Virus record (IMG/VR): IMGVR_UViG_3300029996_000144
DNA from: a virus
Strand: one strand, 5' to 3'
DNA: 36,590 nt
Shown: piece by piece, positions 1 to 9,322 of the stretch
Numbering within the stretch: the first letter of the stretch is position 1
Layout: each line of letters starts with the position of its first letter
The notes under the pieces: model-generated
Told to the model about the DNA's origin: nothing
Database searches by the model: none
What the model saw: the letters and a program-made list of their open reading frames with translations, nothing else
Program-made: the position numbers and the translations under genes

Positions 1-193
1 AGCTGAGGGTGAAGGCGAACCCGTCGAGGCAGCAGCCGAGGGCGAAGGCGAACCCGTCGAGGCAGCAGCTGAGGGTGAAGGCGAACCCGTCGAGGCAGCA
101 GCCGAGGGCGAAGGCGAACCCGTCGAGGCAGCAGCTGAGGGTGGAGGCGAACCCGTCGAGGCAGCAGCCGAGGGTGGAGGCGAGAACATCGAG
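1..193 (+). repeat. Coding 33-bp tandem repeat (partial unit + 5 units). Each unit encodes AAAEGEGEPVE. The last two units are degenerate (AAAEGGGEPVE, AAAEGGGENIE). It is the continuation of the array at the window end.
   Basis: Direct reading: unit gcagcagc(c/t)gagggYgaaggcgaacccgtcgag is repeated head-to-tail in frame 2 with no stop codon. Confidence 0.9.
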
Positions 194-1543
194 GCATCTC
201 AGGGGCGCCGCGCAATGCCGGCAGGTATGGCGTGGCATGAACACAATATCAAACCACAATCAACAATTTCAACGATGAACAAAACGTACAAAGAACTGAT
301 CTGTGACCGTGAGTTCCAGAATCGGTTGGAGGCGGTGAATGCGGCGTTCCGTAGTGGGAGCACCGTTATGGACAACACGCCGGAGAACGTCGAGACGATG
401 CAGATTCTTGCTTCGTCCATGCTTGCTGACGAGCGTATGGTCATTCTGGCCAGCGCTTGCAACTTCACGAACGGAGTGACGCATGAGCGCAAAAACGGTC
501 TGTATATGCTCGTAGAGTGCGCGGCCGGTGGTGCGGCTGCGGCTACGCTGACCGCGGCCGATCTGGGCGTCATCAAATGGATGTCGCTGTTCTTGGAGAA
601 GCTGCTCCCGAACAACACGTTCATGCGTTCGATCCGCTTCGTGCCCATGTCGGATCGTGAAGGCGCGATCTACATCGAGAGCGGAATCAATCCGGCGACG
701 TACACTGGTGCGGTAACTCCGGTTAACGCGCCGAAGTACTTCTACGACGACGTGAAGCGGACGATCGCGCGTCAAGTGTTCTCGATCCAGCCGATCACGT
801 TCCAGAACGCCGACATGGCTATTTTGGCCTACGACAAGCAGTCGTGGGGTTGGACGACTGCGATGGATTCGCTGATGTCGGATGTTTGCACCTACATTTT
901 GCAGGTGGTTGCCAACACGGCCGGCATTTCGAAAATCCCCACCACCGGATCGTCGTTCCCGTCGAGCGGCCTTTTCCCGATCGAGGCTCCGAGCTCGGCA
1001 GTCACGATCAAAGGTGTGGTCGCCGACGACATCATCATGACGGAGGGCGCCTTCCTGTTGCAGAACTACACGCTGAACAACCGCAAGGTCGAAATTGTCC
1101 TTCCGGCTAACCTCTACACGAAGCTGGCCACCGATGCGACGTTCAAGACCTTGCTGACGCCTCACCTCTCTGGTTCGGTCGGCAGCGGCTTCGAGTATTC
1201 GGGCTCGCGCATCACGGCTCGTAACCCCGTGGCTCGCTACAACCTCACCTCGGCGGCCGCAGAGCTCGATCCGGCGATGTACGCCGACGGCACGGTGGCC
1301 AACGACGGCAAGATCACCGACGTATCGCCCGCATCGACCACTGCGAAGCATGTCGGAGCTGGTGTGGCCTTCGTCGAGGGCGAGGTCATTGCCGGTGTTG
1401 GTACGATCGATGTTATCGTAATGCCCGATCCGCAGAACTACGGATACACGATGTCTGGCTGGATGTCGACCGGTGCGACGGTAGCTCGTTCGAACGGTGT
1501 AGGCGCTGCGCTCATCGTTCCTACCGAGGAAGCAGGCGCGTAG
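1..1543 (+). CDS. C-terminal part of the wrap-around ORF: Ala/Glu/Pro repeat linker followed by a putative HK97-fold major capsid protein domain (in-frame Met at 215). It continues from 35896..36590.
   Basis: Frame 2 is open from nt 2 to the stop at 1541-1543 and is contiguous in frame with the ORF running off the window end. The capsid call rests on about 440 aa size and position (after the protease, before the tail genes). Confidence 0.55.
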   Translation, partial: AEGEGEPVEAAAEGEGEPVEAAAEGEGEPVEAAAEGEGEPVEAAAEGGGEPVEAAAEGGGENIEASQGRRAMPAGMAWHEHNIKPQSTISTMNKTYKELICDREFQNRLEAVNAAFRSGSTVMDNTPENVETMQILASSMLADERMVILASACNFTNGVTHERKNGLYMLVECAAGGAAAATLTAADLGVIKWMSLFLEKLLPNNTFMRSIRFVPMSDREGAIYIESGINPATYTGAVTPVNAPKYFYDDVKRTIARQVFSIQPITFQNADMAILAYDKQSWGWTTAMDSLMSDVCTYILQVVANTAGISKIPTTGSSFPSSGLFPIEAPSSAVTIKGVVADDIIMTEGAFLLQNYTLNNRKVEIVLPANLYTKLATDATFKTLLTPHLSGSVGSGFEYSGSRITARNPVARYNLTSAAAELDPAMYADGTVANDGKITDVSPASTTAKHVGAGVAFVEGEVIAGVGTIDVIVMPDPQNYGYTMSGWMSTGATVARSNGVGAALIVPTEEAGA

Positions 1544-1608
1544 TGTAACTTTATGACCGTGGAGGTGGGGAGGGAAGACACCTTCACGGTCATAATAAAC
1601 AAAACAAG

Positions 1609-2022
1609 ATGAAGACGAAGTTTAATAAACAACAGATTCAGCAGATCGCAATGCAGCTTTCCGTCTACAAGAAGCTGTACGTGACGACCGAGGGTATGAT
1701 GTTCCGTACCCGCGATTCGGTCGAAGCAGCGATCCGTGTCAAGAACATGATTATCGACGATGCGTCGAAGTTCGTGGGGTATATCGAAATGACGGCCGAC
1801 ATGGTTTCGATCGACCGTCTGCGGGCATACGGCCGCGACACCGCAGAGTTCGATCGTCTGTTCGAAGTTGCGATCGTACCGCGCCAGAAGGTTCTCGAAG
1901 AGACGACGGTGCGGAAGGTTGCGAAGGCCCCCGCTGTCGACGAACAGACAGTGGACAACATCGCCGAAGCACTCGGTGCGTCGGAGGATGAACCTAAGAA
2001 GTCGAACAGAAAGAAAAAGTAA
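1609..2022 (+). CDS. Hypothetical protein with a Lys-rich C-terminus (KKSNRKKK), possibly a head-completion/connector protein.
   Basis: ATG at 1609 with an A-rich leader. It is the only gene between the capsid gene and the sheath. No motif recognised. Confidence 0.5.
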   Translation: MKTKFNKQQIQQIAMQLSVYKKLYVTTEGMMFRTRDSVEAAIRVKNMIIDDASKFVGYIEMTADMVSIDRLRAYGRDTAEFDRLFEVAIVPRQKVLEETTVRKVAKAPAVDEQTVDNIAEALGASEDEPKKSNRKKK

Positions 2023-2028
2023 TGCCTT

Positions 2029-3228
2029 ATGGCAAGAACAGGAATTAATATCAACATCTCCAATACGGTATTGGCCCCTCCTGCATCGGTCAATTCCAAC
2101 TCGATGCTGATCGTCGTCGGTGCGAAGGCAACATCTGCTAGCCCCGGTACGGTCGCTTTCGAGCTGGACATGCCGTATAAGCTGACCTCGGCCAATGATT
2201 TGGCCAGCTACGGGATCACGGAGGCGAACAACAAGGACTTGTACGAGCAGGTCAACGACTTCTACCAGCCGAAGGCCTACGTGAACAACTCCGGTACGAT
2301 ACTGTGGATTGTCGGTCTGGCGGACTACACCAGCAAGATCGAAGATAAGCTGCCCTTGTGGGTGAAGTACACCACGGTGGGCGGCAACGAGTATCGGCCG
2401 CGTCAGATTCTCATTTCGAACGACCCGACGAAGATGACGTCGGCGCCAGACGTGACCAAACTCCAAGCCGCGGTTATGAAAATGTACGCGCAAGCGTTTT
2501 CCACGTGCATCATCACGGACGTCGGCGTTATCACCGGCGATATCTCCGAGTTGGAGGATTTGTCCACGAAAGCGTCAGGTATGGTGGGCGTCGTGACGTT
2601 CACCAAGCGTCAGGGCAGTCGTGCGGCCGTCGGGGCTGTCGGCGGTTGGGTCTCGACGCTTTCGGTAGGTACGTCGATGGGCGACGGGTCGTTGTCGGCA
2701 TTCGGCACCGATCTGTTTTTCGTAGACGGAGCGGTAAGTGGCTCGACGGTTACTTGGGCCAACTCTCCTTGCGCTTCGGCGTCCCAGGCGACGATCGACG
2801 CTCTGTCGGACAAGCAGTATATCTTCCCGATCTCGCGGCCGCCCGAGAACGGTTTGTGGATCAACGACGGCTCTACGGCCGAAGATTCCAGCACGGCTTT
2901 GTGTACGATCGAAGCTGCGCGTACTATCGCGTCCGTCGTCGATGATCTGCGTGCATTCTTTAACAAGTACCTCAATACGAAAATCCCGACTTCGAAGTCT
3001 GGGGACATCCAGTCGACGTTCAAGCAGGTCATGCTCGATGCAGCGCGTGCATCGGTCATTCAGCCGTACATCGACAGCGGGGACATCTCTGACGCGACGA
3101 TCCAGATCGTCGCAAAGAACAACGACATGCAGGGTACTCGTACTTTGGAGGTTACGTTGGGAATCCAGCAGGCGATCACTCTCCGCTGGGTAGAAGGTTT
3201 CGTTTTCTATGTAAAAAGCGTAGAGTAG
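2029..3228 (+). CDS. Putative contractile tail sheath protein (P2 FI-like size).
   Basis: 399 aa, immediately followed by a 158-aa gene, a frameshifting chaperone pair and the tape measure. This is the canonical myovirus order. The call rests on synteny and size only. Confidence 0.45.
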   Translation: MARTGININISNTVLAPPASVNSNSMLIVVGAKATSASPGTVAFELDMPYKLTSANDLASYGITEANNKDLYEQVNDFYQPKAYVNNSGTILWIVGLADYTSKIEDKLPLWVKYTTVGGNEYRPRQILISNDPTKMTSAPDVTKLQAAVMKMYAQAFSTCIITDVGVITGDISELEDLSTKASGMVGVVTFTKRQGSRAAVGAVGGWVSTLSVGTSMGDGSLSAFGTDLFFVDGAVSGSTVTWANSPCASASQATIDALSDKQYIFPISRPPENGLWINDGSTAEDSSTALCTIEAARTIASVVDDLRAFFNKYLNTKIPTSKSGDIQSTFKQVMLDAARASVIQPYIDSGDISDATIQIVAKNNDMQGTRTLEVTLGIQQAITLRWVEGFVFYVKSVE

Positions 3229-3229
3229 T

Positions 3230-3706
3230 ATGGCACAGAAAGTTATTGCGGCAAGAGACTTTGAGCTCTACCTCACGTTCAACGCAATCGGTACGCCGAT
3301 TAAGATCGGCACCGGTGCGAATTTCAGCTCTGTAATTTCCGGTCAGACCGACGACATCGGCGCGTTCTCTACGGACGAGCCGATCGGGACGGACAACGGA
3401 GGAAACACCTACGATATTTCGTTCTCTATTCAGACGGCCGAGTGGATCACGATCATGGACGCGGTCAGAGCGGCTACCGCGGCTACTGACCATCCGATCG
3501 TGCATATTCGGGACATCGTGGAGAGCTTGACGATCACGGCGGTTTGGAACAAACGCAACGATGTTCCGGCCACGTCGACGACCAAGACCTTCACCAGTTG
3601 TACCGGTGTTGAAGAGAGTGATGATGTCGAACGACGGGGTACGGAAACTCTGCAATCACTCCGTTTCCGCGCCCGAGGAATGGCGGTTGCCACGACGCTG
3701 TTGTAG
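3230..3706 (+). CDS. Putative tail tube protein (P2 FII-like size).
   Basis: 158 aa, 1 nt after the sheath stop, upstream of the chaperone/TMP block. The call rests on synteny and size only. Confidence 0.45.
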   Translation: MAQKVIAARDFELYLTFNAIGTPIKIGTGANFSSVISGQTDDIGAFSTDEPIGTDNGGNTYDISFSIQTAEWITIMDAVRAATAATDHPIVHIRDIVESLTITAVWNKRNDVPATSTTKTFTSCTGVEESDDVERRGTETLQSLRFRARGMAVATTLL

Positions 3707-3771
3707 AGTGCGAGTATCTGGTTCATGGGGTTTGATCGCCCCATGAACCGCTAACCAAAAACAAAACAGGT

Positions 3772-4119
3772 ATGGGAAAAGAGTTGGTATTGCGTAAAGT
3801 TACGCTTAAAAATGTTCTCACACCCACGGGTGAGCGGGACATCGAGGTTCAAGTAGTGCCGTTCGACCGGCGCAAAGACGAGCATACGGATTTTGCGTAT
3901 GCTTACATCGACATGCTGGGGCGCATGCCTTCCGAGTTTCGGAACATGTCGGATGCGTCGAAAGCCTATGTTCGTCAGTTCATGGTGCATAAAGCTGAGG
4001 ACGAGAAAAATCCGGAATCGGACTTCGCGTGTGTTCTGTCGGACACCCGAGCAGCTCGAACACTTCTGAACACTGACGAGACCCAGCAGGAGTTCCACGC
4101 TTTTTTCGAGAACGCCTAA
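3772..4119 (+). CDS. Tail assembly chaperone, zero-frame product (lambda G / P2 E analogue).
   Basis: 115-aa ORF between the tube and the tape measure. Its 3' end overlaps a -1 frame ORF and contains the slippery site T_TTT_TTC. Confidence 0.6.
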   Translation: MGKELVLRKVTLKNVLTPTGERDIEVQVVPFDRRKDEHTDFAYAYIDMLGRMPSEFRNMSDASKAYVRQFMVHKAEDEKNPESDFACVLSDTRAARTLLNTDETQQEFHAFFENA

Positions 4120-4454
4120 CATATCCGATACGTGATATTTTAGGCGTAGAGGAATCGAAGCAGGAAGACGCTAAACGTATCGTTCAGAATCATCTGATTC
4201 TCAAAAGAGCGCAGCAGGAGGACCCTTTGTTCCTTCGACGGGTTTTCGTAGCACACTACTGCAACATTCCGTTCCACTTGCTGATGGATCATACGCTGTA
4301 CCCTCGGACGCTGATCGAAGAGCTCTTCGCGGCATCGATGTACTGGTGCAGAAACTGCGAGTTAGCTCCTTACCAACAGGACAACTTTGACGACAAGTTA
4401 ATCGACGATCTGGAAAATGGCAGGTTACAATATTGTTTTGAATCTGGGCGGTAA
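4077..4454 (+). CDS. -1 frame extension of the tail assembly chaperone (G-T / E+E' analogue). It is expressed only by a frameshift at 4101-4107.
   Basis: Frame 0 is open from 4077 (after the TGA at 4074-4076) to 4454. It overlaps the end of the upstream chaperone ORF and the start of the tape measure gene. Confidence 0.5.
   Translation, partial: RDPAGVPRFFRERLTYPIRDILGVEESKQEDAKRIVQNHLILKRAQQEDPLFLRRVFVAHYCNIPFHLLMDHTLYPRTLIEELFAASMYWCRNCELAPYQQDNFDDKLIDDLENGRLQYCFESGR
4101..4107 (+). promoter_or_regulatory. Programmed -1 ribosomal frameshift slippery heptamer T_TTT_TTC.
   Basis: In the zero frame of ORF 3772..4119 the codons read gcT TTT TTC, 12 nt before its stop. A -1 slip enters ORF 4077..4454. 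Confidence 0.55.
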
Positions 4455-6534
4455 CGCCGTATCGAACTCTGAGCGTCTGGCGACCAATCTGGCCGCTGCG
4501 GCAGCCAACGCGACTACGTTGGCCTCGGCGCTTCGCTCTGTCGGTGCGGCGTATCGCAGCATCCCGAATCGTCGGTTCACAGTTCCTTCGGCACCGCGGC
4601 AGAGCCGGCCCTACGCTCGGCCGCTGCGGACGGCGTCCCGTCCCGCGACGGCGCGTCCGTATGCTCAGGGGGCGCCTTACACGCGCCACCGGTCGACACG
4701 CATAGCGTCATGGGGGTATGGGCTCAGCCTCGGAGGCTTCAACGCCCGCTTGTCATCGGTGTTGCAGCCTGATGAAAACGGCATGTTGTTTGGTATGGAC
4801 GCCGGCCGCCTGATGCGGGGTGTCAATGTCGCGGGGATCGCTGGAAACATCATGACATCGATCGGGCGGGCGTTGTTCAAAGCCACTAAGATGGCAACGT
4901 TCTCCGGCCCGATGATCGCCGGAGGGGTTATGACTGCGGCGCTCCGTGTCTTGCAGTCCGACTGGTTTGCCGAGGGCGCGAAGCTGATCTCACGTCGGCA
5001 CCAGACCAGGGAAGGTATGGGGCCTCAGTACGAACAGACGCTTCGGAACGCAGACATCATATCGGCGGCCTATGGCTTAGACCGATCCACGACGCTGAGT
5101 AGTATCAACGTTCTGGCAGGCTTAGGCGTCGGAGCGAATAACCGCAAGATCACACTGGGCGAGGCCACGGGCCTCACGAAGGTCGGTGGCCTGATCGCTC
5201 AGCATGCCGGTGTTTCGTTCGAGCGAGTCATGACCAATATTCAGCAGCTGCTGGTCACGACGGCGCCCAACATGCGAGACATCCGAGAGCTGTTGAACCA
5301 GGCTCCGATCTTAGGTAAGTACGCCTTGAAGGAAATGGAAGAGCAGGGGCTCAAAGGCGTCGACGTTCGTACCTACCTCAAAGATCAGGGTGCGCTGCTC
5401 TCTGTGTTGAAGCGCTACGAGTTGTCGAATGCGTCGAACGCTGGTATGCGGGCCCGAGGCATGATTAACATGGCCAGTCAGGACGCTGCGGCGTTGATCG
5501 CGTCGAATAATCCATTTTGGTCCTATATCGGCAACGCCGGTTCCGGTATGATAAAGGCCTTAGCGACCTCTGCGAACAAGTTCATGTCGATGCTCGTCGA
5601 TAACCGGAGCTTCCTCAACATGGTCAAGTCGTTGGAAATGACGATCGACAAGATGGGCGACAAAGGCACCACGCTGGTCGATAAGCTCATAACGCTGGTC
5701 GATCGGATCGCTGCCTATTTTAAGATCGAGCTTGTCGATAATAAGGCCGTGAAAGAAGCGGTCGATAGGGAGCAGGCGGTTCGTATGGCTATGGGCAGTT
5801 CTCAGATTCGTGAGCGGTTATATCAGGGCTGGCTCAAAAACGGGAACTATACCAGCAAAACCGAGGCCGGTCGGCGGGAAGAGTTCGGTATGCTCTACGA
5901 GCAGCTCACCGAGCAGGCTGTGCATAATCCGAGGATACTGGCTCTTGTAAAGGCCAGCAACGATCTGCAAAGCATAGAAAGTCTTCCGTGGGGTGCGCGT
6001 GTTGCAAGCAAGACGCTGTCGGCTTTGCAGCCGTTTGCTCCCGTTGCGGGAACTGCATCCAGTCTGTTCTTGTCGGATTTGTCGGCAAAGAATAAGGCCA
6101 AAATCTATCGTGCTCAGCATGAAGCACTCAATGTTCGGGACAGCACATTCCGGTATTTGCCGTATGCAGACACGCTGCCAAGCGACATGACAGCTCCATT
6201 GTCGGCGTCGAGTATGCTCACGGTCGGGATAAATGAAATCGTGAAGGAGCTGCTTTCGAGCATGGCGCAGCTTATGTCTGTCGAAGGTTTCGATCCGAGC
6301 AAGTTCAATCTTGGCTCGGCCGCCGGAGGTAAGGACCTGACCGGTTTTAACCGAGATCGGCGGGCGCTGGAAATTCACTTCCACGACAAGCTGGTCGAAT
6401 GGAATAGCACGATCAAGACCGACGACCCGCAGCAGGTCGTAAACGAGGTAGCCGATACGATGGACCAGTTGGTCGCAGCGGCTATCCAGCAAGCACTCTT
6501 AGGTTCCACTGATAAAATGGCGACACGGTTCTAA
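4417..6534 (+). CDS. Tail tape measure protein.
   Basis: 705 aa with an Ala/Gly-rich low-complexity N-terminus, directly downstream of the frameshifted chaperone pair and upstream of the baseplate genes. Confidence 0.7.
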   Translation: MAGYNIVLNLGGNAVSNSERLATNLAAAAANATTLASALRSVGAAYRSIPNRRFTVPSAPRQSRPYARPLRTASRPATARPYAQGAPYTRHRSTRIASWGYGLSLGGFNARLSSVLQPDENGMLFGMDAGRLMRGVNVAGIAGNIMTSIGRALFKATKMATFSGPMIAGGVMTAALRVLQSDWFAEGAKLISRRHQTREGMGPQYEQTLRNADIISAAYGLDRSTTLSSINVLAGLGVGANNRKITLGEATGLTKVGGLIAQHAGVSFERVMTNIQQLLVTTAPNMRDIRELLNQAPILGKYALKEMEEQGLKGVDVRTYLKDQGALLSVLKRYELSNASNAGMRARGMINMASQDAAALIASNNPFWSYIGNAGSGMIKALATSANKFMSMLVDNRSFLNMVKSLEMTIDKMGDKGTTLVDKLITLVDRIAAYFKIELVDNKAVKEAVDREQAVRMAMGSSQIRERLYQGWLKNGNYTSKTEAGRREEFGMLYEQLTEQAVHNPRILALVKASNDLQSIESLPWGARVASKTLSALQPFAPVAGTASSLFLSDLSAKNKAKIYRAQHEALNVRDSTFRYLPYADTLPSDMTAPLSASSMLTVGINEIVKELLSSMAQLMSVEGFDPSKFNLGSAAGGKDLTGFNRDRRALEIHFHDKLVEWNSTIKTDDPQQVVNEVADTMDQLVAAAIQQALLGSTDKMATRF

Positions 6535-7262
6535 TGGCAATCGATCTTAACATAGGTGCGCAAGGCATCGCAGCCGATACGCTGCGGCGGGCAGAGAGCG
6601 TCGTAGGCGAGCCCGTTACACTGGCTTTGTCTAAGGCATGGATCGGCATCTCGACGGTCGCGCCGGCGCGGACCAATGACGACGCGCTGTTCTCGCTGCC
6701 CTCATGGGTGAAGACCGAGGACGATGCGGTCAAGGCGCGGACCGTCTCTGTCGAGACCGAGAAGATCGACCGGTACGACAGCACGAAGTTGTATTCGCTG
6801 CAAATCGGCGATTACTTCATGCCGGTGTCGCAAACCTTCGATCTGAGTGCGTCGAAAAAGCTGAACTTCTCGGATTTGGTCGACGGTCCGACGATCATCC
6901 AGCAGACCAGGAAGCAGTCCAAGACGATCAACTGTACACTGCGCCTGACGCTCCGTGACAACCAGCCGAACCTGAGCATCGTTCAGGCAGAGCGTGCCCA
7001 GGAGGCGGAGAACGCGATGTTCATGCTGGCGCAGTTCCTCCAAGAGTTCTACGAGCAGGACACCGTGCTGGCTATTTCGAATCAGACGATCAACGAGGTC
7101 TTCGGGGTGAGCCACGTGATGATAACCGACTACAAGTTCACGCCCCGAACAGGTATGGGTACCTTCATGTTCGAGTTCAAGCTAACCGAGGTGCTCTACG
7201 GTGAGAATGTGGTAACGTTTAATTTAACGACGCTCGACGCAGACCTGCCGAGTGAGGGATAG
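6534..7262 (+). CDS. Tail/baseplate-proximal protein in the post-tape-measure position (gpU/N-like position).
   Basis: Start overlaps the tape measure stop (TAATG). No motif recognised. Confidence 0.4.
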   Translation: MAIDLNIGAQGIAADTLRRAESVVGEPVTLALSKAWIGISTVAPARTNDDALFSLPSWVKTEDDAVKARTVSVETEKIDRYDSTKLYSLQIGDYFMPVSQTFDLSASKKLNFSDLVDGPTIIQQTRKQSKTINCTLRLTLRDNQPNLSIVQAERAQEAENAMFMLAQFLQEFYEQDTVLAISNQTINEVFGVSHVMITDYKFTPRTGMGTFMFEFKLTEVLYGENVVTFNLTTLDADLPSEG

Positions 7263-7263
7263 G

Positions 7264-8388
7264 ATGGACACGAACCTGATGATATGTCAGAACGAGGTAT
7301 TCATCGAGGGTGAATCCGTCGGGCAGTTCGAGAGTTTCGAGCTGCAAAGCGATGCGTTCACGTTCGGCGATTCGGCTGTGCTGACGATCCCGCTGTACGC
7401 TATCGGGGTTGGTCAGAGCGGGCCGGCCAAGAGCCGTATTCGCTCCGTGTTCAAAAATACGCGGATTCGTCCGACGGCTAAGGTCGAGGTGTATGTCTGG
7501 TACAAAGGACAACCCCGCCTTCGGGCCTTTTTGGGATGGATCGAGCATGTCGGCGAGGGCTTCCCGACGAAGCTGTACCTTCGGGACAATACGTTCATCC
7601 TTCGCTTCGGCTCCATTACGAAGGCATGGGACGGCTCGGCGACGGTGCAGTCGATCATCAAGGACTGCATCCCGATCGCGCAAGAGGCGTTCAAGCAGGA
7701 GCGCCAGAAGCAGGGCTTCACGGGGGAGGTGCCTCAGCTGACCTACTCGACGAACAAAACGAACGTGCAGGCCATCACCACGTCGCTGTCGTTCCGCAAC
7801 TGGGGCGGCCGCAGCCCTTACGACACATTGCAAAAGCTCATGCAGCTGCTCGTGCTTTACGGAGGTGTGTCGGACGAGTACAATGTCTACATCGGTACGG
7901 GGCGACGGGACAACACGCGGCCGATCGAATCGTTCTCGACGAAGTACAACGTGTTCAGCCGAGACATCGTGCCGGTCGACGGCCGGTTCGTGAACTACGA
8001 CGTGAAAGTCACCGGCATATTGTCTAACGGGAAGCAGTACACGGCCACGGGCGGCTACCGGACCTCTGCGAGCAAGTCGTCGAAGAGCGAGTTCGACAAA
8101 ACCTATGGTGAGCCGGTACGGACCTTCTGCCCGCTGCAAACCGTCGACGGGATACAAAAGTTTGCAGACCAGATGTTGGAGAAGCTCAGGGGCTTTCGTA
8201 ACCGTGGTACGATCGTGGCGCCGCTGTATCCGAAAGTCCAAGTGCTCGATCAGATACATTATACGGATACGATCTTCCCTGAGCTTGGCCAAGAGCGGCT
8301 GTACTACATCATGCGCTACCGCCTGGCGTGTGGTGTGAACGGGTACTTCCAGCACCTGACCGTAACGGATCAACAGTACTTGATATGA
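7264..8388 (+). CDS. Putative baseplate hub / P2 gpD-Mu gpP-like tail protein.
   Basis: 374 aa (P2 D is 387 aa, Mu P is 379 aa). It sits between the tape measure and the spike-like gene. ATG at 7264 directly after the upstream stop. Synteny only. Confidence 0.4.
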   Translation: MDTNLMICQNEVFIEGESVGQFESFELQSDAFTFGDSAVLTIPLYAIGVGQSGPAKSRIRSVFKNTRIRPTAKVEVYVWYKGQPRLRAFLGWIEHVGEGFPTKLYLRDNTFILRFGSITKAWDGSATVQSIIKDCIPIAQEAFKQERQKQGFTGEVPQLTYSTNKTNVQAITTSLSFRNWGGRSPYDTLQKLMQLLVLYGGVSDEYNVYIGTGRRDNTRPIESFSTKYNVFSRDIVPVDGRFVNYDVKVTGILSNGKQYTATGGYRTSASKSSKSEFDKTYGEPVRTFCPLQTVDGIQKFADQMLEKLRGFRNRGTIVAPLYPKVQVLDQIHYTDTIFPELGQERLYYIMRYRLACGVNGYFQHLTVTDQQYLI

Positions 8389-9026
8389 TCGACCTTACCC
8401 ACATACGGAGCATCGGCGAAGAGTACGGTGAGCAGGTCGGGGGCATCCTCTCGTCGCTGCGGATCAAATGCGCGACGGTGGTCTCGGTCGACGAAGAGAA
8501 CGCCTATGTTCAGATATTTGCCGACACGACGCCGCTGCCGGTGCCGCTGAGCTTCCTGAACTCCGAGGATGCGGACCGGCGGATCGTGCCCACCGTGGGG
8601 TCGATGCTGGCCTTAGGTATGCTGAACGGCGACGACAACCGACCGATCATTCTCGCGTGCGAGCAGATCGACCGGTTCGAGTTCCGCCGCAACAAGATAG
8701 CGATCCATGCGTCGGTCGACCCTGACGACGAGACCAAAGATGAGGTGACGGTCACGGTCGGTAATTCGTCTTTGCGCATCGCTCAGGACGTGATCGAGTT
8801 CAACGGTGCGCAGAACAAAGGTCTCGTGCTGTACGAGCCGCTCCGCGAGAGCTTGTTGAAGATAAACCAGTTCTTAGAAGCGATGAACTCGGTGATCTCC
8901 GGATCGCCGATCGCGGAGGCGGGGAACGGCAGTCCGTCGGCGTTCCAGACGGCGCTGCGGTCAGCTCTCTCGGGGCGGTCGCTGGACCAATACGACAACA
9001 TAGCAAACGAAAAGATACTGCAATGA
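8385..9026 (+). CDS. Putative baseplate central spike (gpV-like).
   Basis: 213 aa (P2 V is 211 aa). ATGA overlap with the upstream gene. Position upstream of the wedge/J-like genes. Confidence 0.4.
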   Translation: MIDLTHIRSIGEEYGEQVGGILSSLRIKCATVVSVDEENAYVQIFADTTPLPVPLSFLNSEDADRRIVPTVGSMLALGMLNGDDNRPIILACEQIDRFEFRRNKIAIHASVDPDDETKDEVTVTVGNSSLRIAQDVIEFNGAQNKGLVLYEPLRESLLKINQFLEAMNSVISGSPIAEAGNGSPSAFQTALRSALSGRSLDQYDNIANEKILQ

Positions 9027-9322
9027 CGGGTTTGAAATACGACTTCGACATAGGGGATTTGGTTGTCTCTTCGACGGGTTCGTTCGCTGCGGCCGTCACG
9101 GACAACCAGAACGTCGCCTTGATCGCGGTATCGCAGATATGCCGCCTGACCGTGCCGTCGCTCGGTGCCGCGATCGGCCGCCGCCTGATGAACCGCTCCG
9201 TGAAGAGCGTGCAGCCGGTGCTGACCTCGGCGTCGAAGATGGCGCAGAAGGACGGTGCGAAAAACGCGAAGGTGACGATAGTCGACCAACACTTAGAATT
9301 CTCCGGTGAGTATGAAGATTGA
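9023..9322 (+). CDS. Small baseplate protein in the gpW position.
   Basis: 99 aa with an ATGA overlap. I did not see the gp25-family motif, so this is a positional call only. Confidence 0.3.
   Translation: MTGLKYDFDIGDLVVSSTGSFAAAVTDNQNVALIAVSQICRLTVPSLGAAIGRRLMNRSVKSVQPVLTSASKMAQKDGAKNAKVTIVDQHLEFSGEYED

Noticed and set aside
9-278. ORF 'MKANPSRQQPRAKANPS...' reading the 33-bp repeat in another frame.
   Set aside because: It is generated by the tandem repeat. The frame-2 reading is continuous with the protease and capsid parts and is the coding frame.
269-1351. 360-aa minus-strand ORF, and similar long antisense ORFs (1438..2493, 7219..8373, 25698..26483).
   Set aside because: They lie entirely antisense to well-supported genes in GC-rich DNA and are Arg/Val/His-rich with no motifs. 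They look like typical spurious high-GC antisense frames.
9023-9322. Considered gp25/gpW-family baseplate wedge (lysozyme-like).
   Set aside because: The conserved gp25-family motif is not evident. Only position and size support the call.
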